From Tubulanus polymorphus (lineage: Eukaryota > Animalia > Nemertea): a stretch of 64,000 bases of DNA. The stretch is taken from assembly GCF_964204645.1 (NCBI RefSeq), contig NC_134026.1, forward strand, positions 15,224,150-15,288,149. The letters run 5' to 3'. The notes below the pieces were generated by a model. It searched no databases, had not been told where the DNA came from, and worked only from the letters and a program-made list of their open reading frames with translations. Made by a program: the position numbers and the translations under genes. Shown piece by piece: positions 24,609 to 38,828 of the stretch. Each line of letters begins with the position of its first letter. Within the stretch, counting starts at the first letter, position 1.

Positions 24609-27600
24609 TTAAGGTCTTTTTGGTCGAATCAAGCCGAGGGCTCAGGTGGCTAAAACTCAATACCTCACTGTCTTATAATGCCGAGTATGACGGAGTTTAC
24701 ACACTGAAACACGTTGGGCTGTGTAAGTGTAATTTGGATAAGTCCACAATATAATGACCGCCCTGCCCCGCTGCATCTGAGACGTCAACAAGTTAGACTG
24801 TATTGCTTCGATGACAAACTGACTCCTACGCAAGATGACCATCCAATTCAAATGTAAATTAAGAAAGAAAACAACAAAACTAGTTGCGTTGATCAACAAA
24901 AATAAATCAATAGTTTATTACAATACTTCAATTTCAAAATAAGGATAGGAAAAAATTGAACAATAAGTGTGTTTGCCATGCGTCTTTAAATATTTCCCAA
25001 GAATATGTCTTTTTCTGGCCACCACCTGCCTCGACGTCAGACTTTTTCGAGATTTTCGCTAAAAATACGAAACAAGACAAAATTGATTGATGGGAATCAT
25101 ACATGCTACATTCACTTTTACTGCGAACATTGGAATGAGCTAAAGCAATTTTCTAGGAGTCAAATGATGTTTCAAAATCTGGACGGGAAAAGTTTTACTG
25201 AATTGTATGGCTAATGGCAAATACATGTTTATATTAATAAGGTAAATATCTGTATAAAAGGTATAGCAACTTGAATTGAAGGATTAATGCAATAGGTCTC
25301 TTATTCTAAAAGATGAGTGAGCCATACTTACTAGATTGGTCATGTGAATCAACATCAAATTTAGAACTATCATCCATTTTTAGTTTTCAATCAAAGACTA
25401 ACCTATGAAATAAAGTACATATTTTTCTGATAACAACCTGGAATAAATTAAAATAAATCTGAGGAATTCACCAAATTTCTGTATCGAACCCCTAATAGGG
25501 CCTATATAACCTATAGATTGATACTTACATACGACAAATTGATGAAGAAACTTCATTTGACAGTATACAAACTCGCGGACAAACTCCCAAAATGAATCAT
25601 GTCCTATTCACCTAGAATCAAACAAAATACAACTAAAAAATTCACAATACAGATTTCGGTTTCGAATCCTTCAAATAGCTGTTTACTTACATGAAACGAA
25701 TTATCAAACTACTTCTGCCGACAGCATACCAACTCGCTGACAAACCCCCAAAATGAAACGTGTCATGATAAACATCTGGAATTAAACGTAATAAAGCTAC
25801 AAAATTTACAAAATGACGGTTTCGAATCCCTCAAATAGCCTTACACTTACAAATGATGGATTATCAAACAACTATGAACTCCCACAACGCCACATGTCTT
25901 TGATAATCTACAGTGAAAACCTGGAATTAAATGAAATAAATCTTAAAATTCTGATTTGAACCCAACGTAGGCCCTCTCTCTACTTGTAGGCCTAAGATCT
26001 TGAAATAGGATAAATAATGTTATGATGAAAAAGGCATAATGGTTCGGAAAAAATTGAATTCAATTTGGCTCTTGGCCCGGCAAAGTTTGCTTTTGAAATA
26101 TCCTTTTGATTAGGCCTAGTTACACATTTTAAAAGCAAATATCATTTTGCATCAAACTAAAAGCGGCTTTGTTGAGGAAAACTAAAAGCGGCTTTGTTGA
26201 GGAAAAGATTCGTTTGAGTCGTAAAATTTATAGCCTAGAACCAATTTCTTCGTCAAAGCGTGATGCGCAATTTTGACTGGGTCTTATTTCCACGTGGTAG
26301 TGGACAGAAAATTTGAATAGGCCTAAATAATAGAATAATCTTTCTTAGGTTTCATGATAAAGATGCAGCATTAACATAGATTAATGCTTATCTTTTACAA
26401 TTAGGCTTATGTTTCAAAGGAAAACGCCCACAGTTGGTCGAACAGGGGTTAGGCATTGATGGTAGAGGGGCTGTGTGTGTGAAACAGAGAGATAAAAATG
26501 CACGGGAACGAGTTTGTCGAGTGGAGCTTATTATTCCATCAGGGATAGTGTAGTGATTAGTGTACTATAGTCATGTTATATATCAAAATGTTCCTTATTA
26601 GTTCCGCTGCATCGCTAAAAACAAATTGAGATAGGTTTCCCTGCATTTTTTTACATATTACATCACTTACAACGATAAACGTCCGTCGCCGACTGAAAAA
26701 TTCACAAAAACTTCCGCATTGAGAGCGCCACCGCACCAATTCAAATTGGATCGGAAACCCTCCAGCGATGCACTCTATGATCTTTAGAACCTGTCTTTGC
26801 TGACTGGGAATAAGATATTTCTCAGCGCGAAGGGGGTGGGGCGCAGCGTCACCAGGTCCCGCTCCGCGAGGAAGCTAGATTTTCAAAGAAATGAGTGCAC
26901 GCGACGGCCGTGACCACTTGTTAGTGACGTCATCAAGAATGATGGCTCCGAGGATCCCCACATCACAGGTTACTGTGAATAAATGGAATTCGACCATTCA
27001 AAAGTTCAAAATGTACTTTCTTGTTTTGTAAAACAAGTTTATTCATGTCGTTATATAAAGCATTTTGATTGAAACATTCTTTAATAATGTTTGTTGAGTT
27101 TAAAGCCAATTGTCGTTGTGTAATTCGATACTAGTCACTGACATCAAAGTTTTAGTTTCTGTTCACATGTTTCGACTTATAAATATCCAACTTGTATGTT
27201 CTATCTTTTAATACAGGCCATGTGATTAATTGCGTATCACTCCATTAGTTTAAAAAGAGAGCACATATTTCGATATTGTTAAATAATTAACTACATTTTT
27301 TTCTGTCACACGTTGATTTTTACCCATCACCTATAAAATTCAAATGTACGTGATGTATTCTGTAAGCTATGTAAGCTTGTTCTTAAAAATACACTATGAA
27401 TTTTCAATTTGTACTGACCATAATAGTTTATTTTTCGTAAATAAAATTTATATTTTAATTAAATAATTTCAAAATCTTTTCTATGCCCTCTGCAACAGAA
27501 AGTTACTAAGGACTATTACATATTCAGATGTACGTTGATAATTGATTTCAATCCTCCCTTCAAATAATTGAACATTATTTCGGTAGATGCAGGTGGCGCA

Positions 27601-27892
27601 CAATCATAATACATACAACTCATCAAGCTGACAAGTCGTTTCCGTGACCAATGTTACAGACGGGTAACCAATCTACTCGACTCCGCAGACAATAAACAAC
27701 CCGAGTAACCCCCAATTTGACTATAACTATAAATTATGTTATGTTAAACCGCATTGGTGTGACTTGACATGTCAAATGCGTATCCCTTATTGATATATTT
27801 CTATTATCCACTTTTCAAACTATGAATAGCACGCCTGCTCAGAAAACCAGTTATCGCTGCTTTGCAGCTATATTTTTTTTTTGTTTTTCTTT

Positions 27893-28465
27893 TTTAGCCC
27901 ACTTGGGACTTGAGTCCCAGCAGGCTGTTGCGCTCACTTTTCGTCCGTCATCAGTCTGTCCTTTCGTCCATAGACGGAATCCAGTTATTTCTGGAAGGTT
28001 TGAAGACGCTTCAAGTTAATGTCTTGATATTTGGGTTACACATGTATCTTTCCTAGACACATCTTCAGCCCAAAAACTGGCCCTGTCAGAATCAAGATGG
28101 TCCACTGGCAGCTATTGTTATTCGCCAAATTCAGCATTTTTCCACGTTTTTTTTAAACTTTTTGAGGGAAATTTTGAAGATGCTTTGATCAATTACCTTA
28201 GTCTATCGTATATATTTGAATCCCCCAAGGGCCCATCAGCATAACAAAAATTGGGTCGATCGGACTCAAGATGACCGTCCTATGACCTTTGAGTACTGTA
28301 GCTTCCTACTGGTTTGCCATTTCTCATTGCAATTGCTGATGGGTATTCTTTGGAAAGGGATGTTTTATACCTCAAGGTTTTGCATATGGTCACCAGGGGG
28401 CATTGAAATTGTTAGATGGAACATATTGAAATTGTTAGATGGTTGAGCATTTGAAACCACTTCAA
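27893..28465 (+). mobile_element. HINE-like element, copy 2 (internally deleted)
   Basis: Same 5' end and body as 20160-20919 and 37511-38828. Confidence 0.7.
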
Positions 28466-30386
28466 TGCCCCCTGGTCATTCCTCAAACAAAGTATTGTTT
28501 AGAATCAGATCATGGATTTATCAGATTTTCATATAATACATTTACCACCGTAGGATGCTTGGTAAGTAATATTTTGAAGTAGAAAAATACGTTTAAAAAG
28601 TTATTTTTAACGTATTGTAAATGAGCTGAATTGCTGGGAAAACGCATATTAGAACCACAAAAAACCACAAATTTTTCGGGGGAAAACCCCTGACCTTGAT
28701 ACAGGAATGGCCGTACCACTAAAAAATTGCTTCCGTCGGCCTTGCCATTCTCCAATGCCTATGGAGCTGAATTTTAAAAGAGAGCCTCGTTTAAATTTAT
28801 ATGAGCTATTTCGCGAAAGCCTGATCGCAAAATATCTGTTTTAAAACGCCAATCAGAAAGCAAAGATTCCTCTATGATTGGCTTAGCCGCAGAGATCAGC
28901 AAGCGTTCACCGTTTTACTTTCGGGTTTTATTTTAAGATCTAAAATTGAATTTCAATATCGATTTCTGTGAAATCTTTAGTTGATTTGGTTTTTGGGAGC
29001 AATATCTTTATTTGCACTACAGAAAATATCATTGACAATCGTGCAAAGTCCGGGAAAAATAGCTCAATTTAGCCCACAGAATGCATCATTTGCTATCTTA
29101 TGAAAAGCTGACAGGCTGGCCATGGTGCCCCTTGGGGCTTTTGTATTATTCAAACCAATCGTTACATTGGAATAAACTAAAGTAAGAACATTATAATGTC
29201 TTTCCAGAACAAATAATGTATTTTCACAATTCCCCAAAGGATTTTTCCGGATTTTCTAAAATGGACCATTTTTGGCTGGGGGAAAATGTCCGTTTAACGC
29301 CAATGGTAAGAAAAAAACAGCCCTGGAAACCCTGGAAATGTGAATTTGTTTTCACTGATAAAACTAACATCTCATGCATCCACTTACTAATATTTAGTCA
29401 ATTTTAAAAACTCCCTATGACCTTATTGTCCTCTTGTTAGGATCAACTGTGTTGATCCTTATAGAATGGTCCTGAGAGTAATTTTCTGTTAGCTCTTGGT
29501 GGCACAAATAGTAACCACTGGATATACACAGCTGATTTTTTGTCAATAGGTGGAAAATAGATGGTGAAATTGATATGGCCGGTTTCGTCCATCAGCTCTA
29601 AGTCGTTTAGAAGTAATAGGAGAAAAAGTGCAAAATTTCAATAAATTTTTTCCCATTCTACTAATCGATGCTTGACCTAGTTTTATGACATCACAGGGAA
29701 AGCCCTTCAGAAGAGCATCACTCGGAAATCCCTCTAGAAGGGCTTTCCCGGTGACATCATTATAGAGAACTGTTCTACCACATACTTGTGACTCATAGGG
29801 AAAACCCATTACCATGTATATCAACTAAGTTGAACATGCTTACTACACAGTGCACCATGATGATTTCATCTTAATCAGCAGTTTATACGTCAATGCAAAT
29901 CCAAGAACAAATCAATTTTTGTGCTCAAAAATAAAACGTCCTCAGTAGATCCTACTGGACCCATGGTCCTTTATTTCAAGCATGGCGTATCTTTTATTTG
30001 CATGGCGGTAAAATACTATAGCACGGCGGGCCGGCGTGCTAAAACCCCTCTCATTGAGGCTCAATGAGAACACTGGTTATGGGCCAAAAGTTAATTAGTA
30101 TCAAACAATGGCAATTTTCTTATTTCATTCGCATATTTTGATTTGAACAACTTCACATTATGTCATTATGCGTCACCATCTATCAGTGATATTTGGTCTT
30201 GGATGAATGCGTAAGTGGCTCAGCAAGGACTAAATACTATATTGCAATAATGCATGAATGGCACCGAACGAGTTTGATGAATATTTTAGTAAGACTTATA
30301 AAAAATCGAAAGGAACTTGTAAAATATGCTAACTAATATGCAGTGATGCTGTACTTTAATTCACTAATATTGATTGTATATTTTAG

Positions 30387-30501
30387 TCTGAAGCAGAAAG
30401 TGGTATCATTGAACAAGTACGGTTGAAGAATTTCATGTGCCACGATTACCTTGAGTTTACCTTTGGACCTCATGTGAATTTTGTCGTTGGAAGAAATGGT
30501 A
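30387..30501 (+). CDS. SMC6: SMC6 exon ([39 protein letters not shown])
   Basis: SMC N-terminal motif GII..v.LKNFMCH and the first half of Walker A; AG/GT boundaries; ends in phase 1. Confidence 0.95.
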
Positions 30502-32447
30502 GTAAGTTGAATTGTAGATGGTGATTGTGGAGGTGGCTCATTGGTTTTGAGAAATCCACTTTGCAGGCAGAACTTGTTCTGACCCTACAGTCAAAACATT
30601 TCGACTGATTTTCTTTTACCTTTGTATTTGGGTTTGTGGAAATAGGATGAACCCTAATATGACTTAAATATGACTCATATCACCCTGAAATCAATTAATA
30701 AATAAGTCCAATCGGGCTTGAAATTTGTCGCGCTTTCCTGAGTTAGGGGAGGGTGACCTTATTTTGGCAACGTACCCGAATTCGGCACAGATATAAACAA
30801 GTCAATTGACGCGATACCTAATATGGCAAATCGTATATCAATGGTTGAGGTCAAAGGCCATATTCTTGACACCCGAATGTTGAAAAAATTTCATTGGTTG
30901 TGGGAGGAGCTTATGTTAATTGCGCCTTTTATGTGTCGCTGTTTTTGCTCGGATTTGACCTAGTTTCGTATTATTTTTGGCTTCATCCACGATCGTTAAT
31001 ATAAATTGAAGGTACATAGTACAATCTTAAGTGATAAAAAATAGCTTTAATTATCGACTTTATGCTTCAAAGATTGATTAGCAGCCGATAATATACTTGT
31101 TTTACTACTTTTACCCGAATTCGGCACTCAGTTTCAAAAATATACAGCTGAATTCGGCATTCCGAATTCCGTTACATTGACTGCTGAAATGATGTTCCTA
31201 TCTCACTTCCATACTGGTAGCATACTCAATTCAATAAATTTTTTCACTTACCACGCATCAACACCATCTAAAATGACTATGTATCCAATCCATTATTCTC
31301 AAATCAAGCAGACAGCATAAACTAATGATTTACAACTTAAGACATACGACATCAAAGTTGAAAACTTTTTTTAATGAAACGATGAATAAATTCAATTCAA
31401 TTTGTACTTTATTGATCCAATTATGAGAAAATATTAGAAAAAAATAATTTTATTTCTTGAAATGTGCATTCTAAGTTCAAAGGCCTCCATCAATATTATT
31501 TGAAGCTATATAAAGTGACAGTTTCTGCAAGGAATGGAAGAAGTTATCTATTGCAGTGTTTTCAATAAGAGCCGGGTCCCGGGTCCTAGACCCGTCTGTC
31601 GTTGGTAAAGGACCCGTCTGTTTTTTTCCCCAACGCGCTTTCGTTTTTGGGACCGCGATCGGTTTCTTGCGATTCTTAGTACATCCAGTAAAATGACATC
31701 GGTTCCTGGCGGTTCTTAGTACAACCGGTACTTGGAATTTTACAACAGCGTCGCTCATTGGCCAATATCGGCTTTGACATATTACAACGAATCAGCGTCG
31801 CTCTCTCTCATGGAAAGAATGCGGAAATAACTGGCTGCTTAGTGATTAACATTATACCCAAAAAAACAGCAAAACAGGCCGAAAAACGCAGTCACGATGA
31901 AGCGGAGCTAAGGTCCGGCCACTGGATTGTTAAAATATTTCAAACGTACGTACATATGAATGAGTGCTTGTTCGCCAGGCGAGGGGTAGTAGAAAAATTA
32001 ACTTTGCAAAGTCAATGTTGTCAATTCATTTCGGACTTTATAGTTAGGCCTAAATTTCTATCAATGGGCCTTCCCTAGACAAGGCCTCTGACATCTAATA
32101 TTAATGTATGGCTTGAAAAAAAAGGCGCGCAGGAAACTGCCAAGATCTGTAAGCAATAAAGTTACCCCCTCTACCTCTGCTGGGATGACATCGTCCATAA
32201 GTGTTCAAACTGAAGATCTTTCAGTTGGAATATCAACTGTTGGTGCATCAAGTCTCGATTCAACAACAGTTCACATTCCATATGAATTCAGTGAAGTATC
32301 TGAATCTGAATCTGAATCTGAATCATCAGATTCATATCAAATGGTTTTGATGGAACACAAACGGCTTTTGGTCGGTGTTTAGAACCATCGGTTTTCATTA
32401 GATTTTGAATCTGATGATTCAGATTTTGAAGGATTTGAATCTTTTTA

Positions 32448-33841
32448 CAGGGTTCGTAGCGATCATGGAAAGTGCTTAATAGTGCTTGAATCACAAAATG
32501 CATTTTCAAGGCCTTGAAAATGCTTGAATTTTCAAAATTTCAGTAAAAATCATTGGAAGTCCTTGAATTTTTAATGTTGTCCAAATTTTGTCAATTAGTT
32601 TGTTGTATTGACTTCAATACGCCCGCGCACTGCCAACCACGTGTGAGAGTGCTGTGATTCTGTACTGTCAGCGTGCTATAGACTGCGTTAGCGGCCTTTA
32701 AGGCTTTGCAAGGCCCACATGGAAAAGCGCGCTATAACATTTGTAAATTTTTTTTATTTTCTCCTCTTTTTTAAATTTGTTTAGCTTTCTTATGATTTTT
32801 GATTGTTCTGCTTTTCCGTGAAATAAATATTGAATTGAATTGAATTGAATTGACTCGTATACACTGCTGACATGTGTATATATACAGTACAAATGTATTA
32901 GGCATGTGGCTCACTGCTGACAATGCGTATACAAATCTATTAGTAGACACGTGGCGGCACTACCGCTATCGCGCGCCGCGTACATACAAATGCCGTTGTG
33001 ATGAAATAAACAAACAAAATACTTCAAGATAATTCTAAATAGATTATTGGTAGTAAATAATGACCTCACATTAATATAAAGACCGTTCTTGATTTTGACG
33101 ATCTTTGGAGCATTAACTATCGAAAAGTGATTTTTTATGGCAGGGTATCCCGAGCTGATCATGATTAAGCGTTCAGCTGTTATCATTTAGACGTTTAAGC
33201 CGGTCATCGAAATTTGTTGGATTCAAAATTAGATAGGCCAGTATGGGAAAGTGCCATTTCTCTGACGCCTGGTTGGTGCATGAATCATACAAAAGTTGGA
33301 TTCAACGCAGACCAATTTCAACAGAAGCTAGGTGCAAGATATGCGCCAAAACCATTGACATATCTTCGATGGGAGAAGCGGCTCTAAAGAGCTAATTTCA
33401 GCCATCGAAACTCAAAAGGAGCAAATTAATCGATTGTAAATAGGTCGATAAGCTGTAATTTAATTTTGTATAATTTTGTTATTTTTTGCTTTCGATAGTA
33501 TGGCTTTTTGATGGCGAGGTCTACTTGTAGTTCCGTTGAAAGGCCCACAGATTTCTTGTTTTAAAGTAAAAAATTTCTGATACATGTAGTAAATCTTTCT
33601 TAAAATAAAGCTGAAAGATTCCAAAGTTATCAAGTACTCTGCTACGCGTGGATGTTTCTTTATGATGATTTGCGTTTGTACTTTTAAATTTCTGCAATAA
33701 AGGAATTTTCATTGCAATAAATTCGCCTTAAATGCTGTTAAGTGTTTATATGGTATTTTTCAGAAAATAGTACTTGAATTTTGTTGAAATAGGTCATTGA
33801 AAGTACTTGAATTAAGTTGGGCCTGGAGGCTATGAACCCTG
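32448..33841 (+). mobile_element. Internally deleted hAT element with 5-bp TSD (TTTTA), hAT5-like
   Basis: TIR CAGGGTTCGTAGC / GCTATGAACCCTG; subterminal CTTGAA repeats; transposase N-terminal zinc-finger remnant MGKCHFSDAW...CKICAKTIDISSMGEAALKS at ~33243-33392. Confidence 0.8.
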
Positions 33842-34173
33842 TTTTAAGATGTTATTCCACAGACGGCAGGGGAGAGCAGTATCATTGATTTTATTTTCTT
33901 CTATTCTTCAACAAGAGGTTTCGCCCAAGTCTCTTCTGGACTTGAACTGTGAGTGCTACTGGGACTCACAAAAAAAACCAAAAAGCTTCTAGGGATAAAA
34001 GAGACACCCCCTCATACACCAGACGCTTCAATCGGCTTTCTGACTGACTTCCACACCTCAATGGGGATGCAGGCCTTCGTTTCAGGCTCATCTTTTTTGT
34101 CTGCGGCAAATTACGGGACCCTCCTGTTTTTCAAAGGGACCTGGCTTGTCAAATTATTATTGAAAACACGGTA

Positions 34174-35115
34174 TTGAGATTAAACTTTATTTTTATATAT
34201 AAAGGGGCGCGCGATGAAAATACCCCTAATGTTGGGTACCAAGTTGTGACCGATCTCACTGATATTGCATCTCCAGGACAGGCCGTATTTTGTGACAATT
34301 TCTTTACATCCTGTAAACTTTTGGCAGATTTGAAAGCTTGTGGTATTGGTTGTTGTGGAACTGTCAAATGTAATCGGGAAGGTAACCCTGATGAATTGAA
34401 GATATTCAAAAAATCTACGCGGAAAGCCGTTCTCGTCGAGAAATCATCCTTATTCATGTGGAACGACACCACCAACATATTGGCGGTTGGATGGTTTGAC
34501 AAGCGCCCTGTGTGTTTGCTGTCCAGCGTTGATGCATCTACAACTATTGTCAAGAGAATTCGGGCAAGAAATGGGGAAAATGGATATCGGGAGATCATCA
34601 AACCCACTGCGATCGACAACTAAAACACGTATATGGGAGGTGTTGACAAGTCTGACCAGTTCAATTCATATTTCATGTTATTGCATCGATCGTGCAAATG
34701 GTGGAGGAAGGTATTCTTCCATTTACTTGTTACTGCAGTTACCAATTCTTATGTTTTACATAAGGTCTCAGACCCAAATGCAAATAAGAGACTAACTGTA
34801 AGAGAATTCCGCCTCTAACTTTGTGATGAACTTCTGGAAAACCATCAGCCTTCATCATCCACCCCCGGACACCGCGTTGCTGACCCCCCACTGCGCCTGA
34901 ATGGTCTTGCCCACTTAATGGAGAAGACTAATGGAAGACCTGATTGTGCAGTTTGTACGATAAGAACTGGCAAAAAATATGCATACCGTAAACAAACACA
35001 GAAACAATGTAAGACATGTGTGCCCCATGCCCCATTATGTGATATTCCATGCCATGAGATCTACCACACGGTTTCAGACTACAAAAGATACTACAGGGAG
35101 AATTATCACCATTAA
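34174..35115 (+). pseudogene. piggyBac transposase C-terminal fragment with stops
   Basis: VFCDNFFTS, CGTV, WFDKRPV, MGGVDKSDQ, KWWRKVFFHL and a Cys-rich end CAVC..CKTC..LC..PCH..YH. Confidence 0.85.
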
Positions 35116-37510
35116 ATGTAAATAAGACTTCATTTCTTATTGTAGTGTTTATTTCAGCATAAAAAACAATGAAAAATAAATTTTTCTGAGGTATTCATTG
35201 AAAATCTCTGGAATGGAATTGAATTGGACACAGTTATTCGCCTGTAATTTGCGATGAATCTTTTCGAAAATTAGCTTGAAGATTGGGTCTGGCGAGGTTT
35301 CCACCCCTATTGTAAAAAAATGTAATTGGTGATCAAATATGGCTGCCATTGGGGTGGCCATCTTGAATTTCTTGTTTGCACGATGCAGCCCACAATTCTT
35401 GATGGATTTCCACAAAATTTGGTGTGAGGATCAGGGTAGGTAAGCTCCGAGCTATAAAATACACCCACTTTGTGTTTTGCGTTGTTGCAAACTGCTCATG
35501 CATACATTATTCTTGCTCATGCGAGCAGATGTTACTGCTCATGCGAATATCTTAAAATCATATTGCAATGAAGGCATGAGCTTAAATTCTTGCTCGTGCA
35601 TGTCAAAGTACATGTCGAAAAGGTTCATTAGAAACATTGCACCTACGGCCAGTGGTACTGTCAAAAGGCCGAAAAAAGCGTAGTTTAACCACTCAACGGA
35701 AGAAGAAAATAATCGGAAATGTTTGCCTATCGCCAATAATGCTAATTGTAATAACAGTACACCTTTGACAACAACAACAACAACAAACCACAACAGCAAC
35801 AACATGGTAGTTTGTTTCTCGCGTTCATATTCTATCCTTGCTCCCCAATCAATCGTTGATTATTATCTGACTGAAGTTCTAATATAGATTCTGGAGTTAT
35901 ATTATAGCCTTTTTTCCCACTGGTCAGAACTGGTTTGAGCTGGAATTTCGTGTAACTTGCTCGCAAAGTTGCTCCAGCTATTGTTTTAAAACCAGTATAA
36001 ACTGGATTTGATTGCAAACTGCTTACAAATGGGCTCGGGTTATTGTTTTAAAAACCAGTATAAACTGGATTTAATTGTAAACTACCCACAAATTGGCTCG
36101 AGTCTATCAATTTTATTAACACATATAGATCTTCAAATGTACAACAGTTTGAAATCCTCAACAAGAATTACATATCATTAATGGAGAAAATCATATAAAG
36201 TTTTTAAGTAAATGCACAGTTACTTCAATGATTACGTCAAATTTAAGAAGATTTCAAATTTATGATACAAATAATTAAATCAAAGTACTTGTAGAGCCAT
36301 TATTTGTTGTAAAAATGTTAAAATTGTTATTGAAATGTATTACGAAATTTGTTCTCTGGTTTTATTATGATGTGAAATTAACTACATCACAAACTTAATT
36401 GGTACATTTTTTCCCTGGGAGAAAAAAGAACAGTCAAAGAACAATTTTGGAATTGAACTTGGAACTGGCCACATCATTGTTTGGAAAATTCATCCATTTT
36501 TAGCAGTTCTAGTAGATACTGCTCTATTTGGGTGTTCACATGTAGATTTGGCCAATATTTTCTCGAGATCAGTTGCTAAATATGGGCTGCAATTTATCAG
36601 AAGATGCATGTATATATGTGCAGATTTTCATATTCTAACTCAACTACTAAACCGCCACAATTAGGGGTATTTCTCCAATTATTGTGTTTCAGAAATATCA
36701 GTTCAAATTAGTGGCATTAATTCGTTAAGTCTATGGTTAACATTAAACTGAATGTCCATTGCCATTTGGTAAGTCTTTTTTTAATAGCTTGGTTTATGGA
36801 AACCGCCTCCCGAAATTTGAACAATTGTTATTTTTATTCCTGTCTGTGGAAGGAATTCAGTGAAAAGATGAGCAAAAAAAAAGATTTTTAACCTATTGTA
36901 GCCTCGCGAACAAATTTTTTTAAATATCGTTATCCAAACTGGAGAAAAGCCTGTAGCAATGGCCCTAGCAACGGGACGCTCGCGTTTGTGCAGTGATGTT
37001 GATGATGTCATTCTGAGAACATGTCGCTTACGGCATACTCAGAAGCGTTTTAATACAATGCTCATTTTCGTCAAATATTGCGCTAATTATACCGTCTTCT
37101 GAATACCTTGGCTGTGTGTAGTTATGAACTGTTCCCACAAAGGCAGCGACAAATTTTAGTGGCCAAACCACATATTTGGCCCTAACATGTCCTTGATGGA
37201 CCGCAAGGAGGCAAGAGGAACATCCAGCCTAGTGTAAACTAGCTTCGCACTTTAGAGAAGGATTCTCGCAAATATGACGGAACATATAAACTTTGATACA
37301 CAAAGCTTATGTTTTCATGGGCTTGCATGCTTGCAAGCCCATATTGCTATCAAACGGATTGATAACTTGCTTGGGGAGTCTATAACTTTCGTTAGAAACT
37401 TTCTTGGGCTCTGATATTTACACACATTTAATGCAGTTATAAAATCTAGGTTCCTTTCGTATATTAGCTATATCGGTAGTTTTCATTGTTTGATGATTTC
37501 GTTTAATCGT

Positions 37511-38828
37511 TTTTAGCCCACTTGGGACTTGAGTCCCAGCGGGCTATTGCTTCCACTTTTCGTCCGTCGTCCGTCCGTCCGAAGACGGAATCCAGTTATT
37601 TTGGGAAGTTTTGAAGACGCTTCAAGGTTATGTCTTGATATTTGGTTTATACATGTATCTACCCTAGACACATCTTCAGCCCAAAAACTGGCCCTGTCAG
37701 ATTCAAGATGGCTGACTGGCAGCCATTGTTGTTCGCTAAAATCAGCACTTTTTACACATTTTCCAAAATTTCGAGGGAAATTTTGGAGACGCTTTGATCA
37801 ATTCCCTTGATCTTTGGTTTATATTTGAATCAACCAAGGGCCATATCAGCATAAGAAAAATTGGGTCGACCTGACAATTTGTGATGGGTATTCTTTGGAA
37901 AGGGATGTTTTATACCTGAGACAGGTATTTTTGATCAGCCAATTATGACACAATTGGCGGCCATCTTGGTGTCATCAGTACTCACTTGAAGGTGGGAAAA
38001 AGTTTTTCCACATTAAATTCATGCCTAAGCATATTGTGTTACTATATTCAATTGGGAAGTTGTAGCCCATAACGTGTTTTATGATTTTGGTGAGTTTCAA
38101 GGTCATTGGTTTTTGTATGTGGCCACCAGGGGGCGTTGAATAATACAATAACTTAGTATTTCTATATTATATTTGTACCTATGCATATTTTGTTACCACA
38201 ATCAATTGCAAAGTTTTAAGTCATGACATCTTCCATGATTTTGGTGACGTTTAAGGACATTAGTTATTCTATATGGTCACCAGGGGTGTTGAATAGTAGA
38301 ATAACTTAGTATTTCCTTATTAGATTGGTACCTAGGCATATTTTATTACCATGGTCAATTGCAAAGTTGTAGTTCATGACATCGTCTATGATTGTGGTGA
38401 GTTTTTAAGGACATTAGTTATTCCATATAGTCACCAGGGGGCGTTGAATAGTAGAAAAGCTTAGTATTTCCTTATTAGATTGGTACCTAGGCATATTTTG
38501 TTACCATGGTCAATTGCAAAGTTGTATTCCATGACATGTCCTACGACTGTGGTGAGTTTTAAGGTCATTGGGTTTTGCATATGGTCACCAGGGAGCGTTG
38601 AATAGTAGAATAACTTAGTATTTTCCATATTAAATTGGTAACGAGGCATATTTTGTTATCACAATCAATTACAAAATCATAGCTGCTGACATGTTCTATG
38701 ATTGTGGTGGATTTCAAGGTCATTGGTTTTGTTTGTGGTCTCTAGGGGGCGTGATGTATTGAAATTGTTAGATTGTTGAGCATTTGAAACCACTTCCCAA
38801 GTGGGCATGGTGTCCCTGGACCCCTAGT
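37511..38828 (+). mobile_element. HINE-like element, copy 3, with ~5 internal 154-bp tandem units
   Basis: Both subterminal inverted repeats present; the CACCAGGG unit recurs at 38124, 38278, 38432 and 38586, with a degenerate copy at ~38740. Confidence 0.75.

Noticed and set aside
26153-26205. 26-bp direct duplication AAACTAAAAGCGGCTTTGTTGAGGAA
   Set aside because: Ordinary local tandem duplication with no associated structure.
32104-32447. Ser/Asp/Glu-rich ORF as a host exon
   Set aside because: Low-complexity (TCTGAA)n sequence with no fit to SMC6; more likely a degraded piece of the adjacent piggyBac region.
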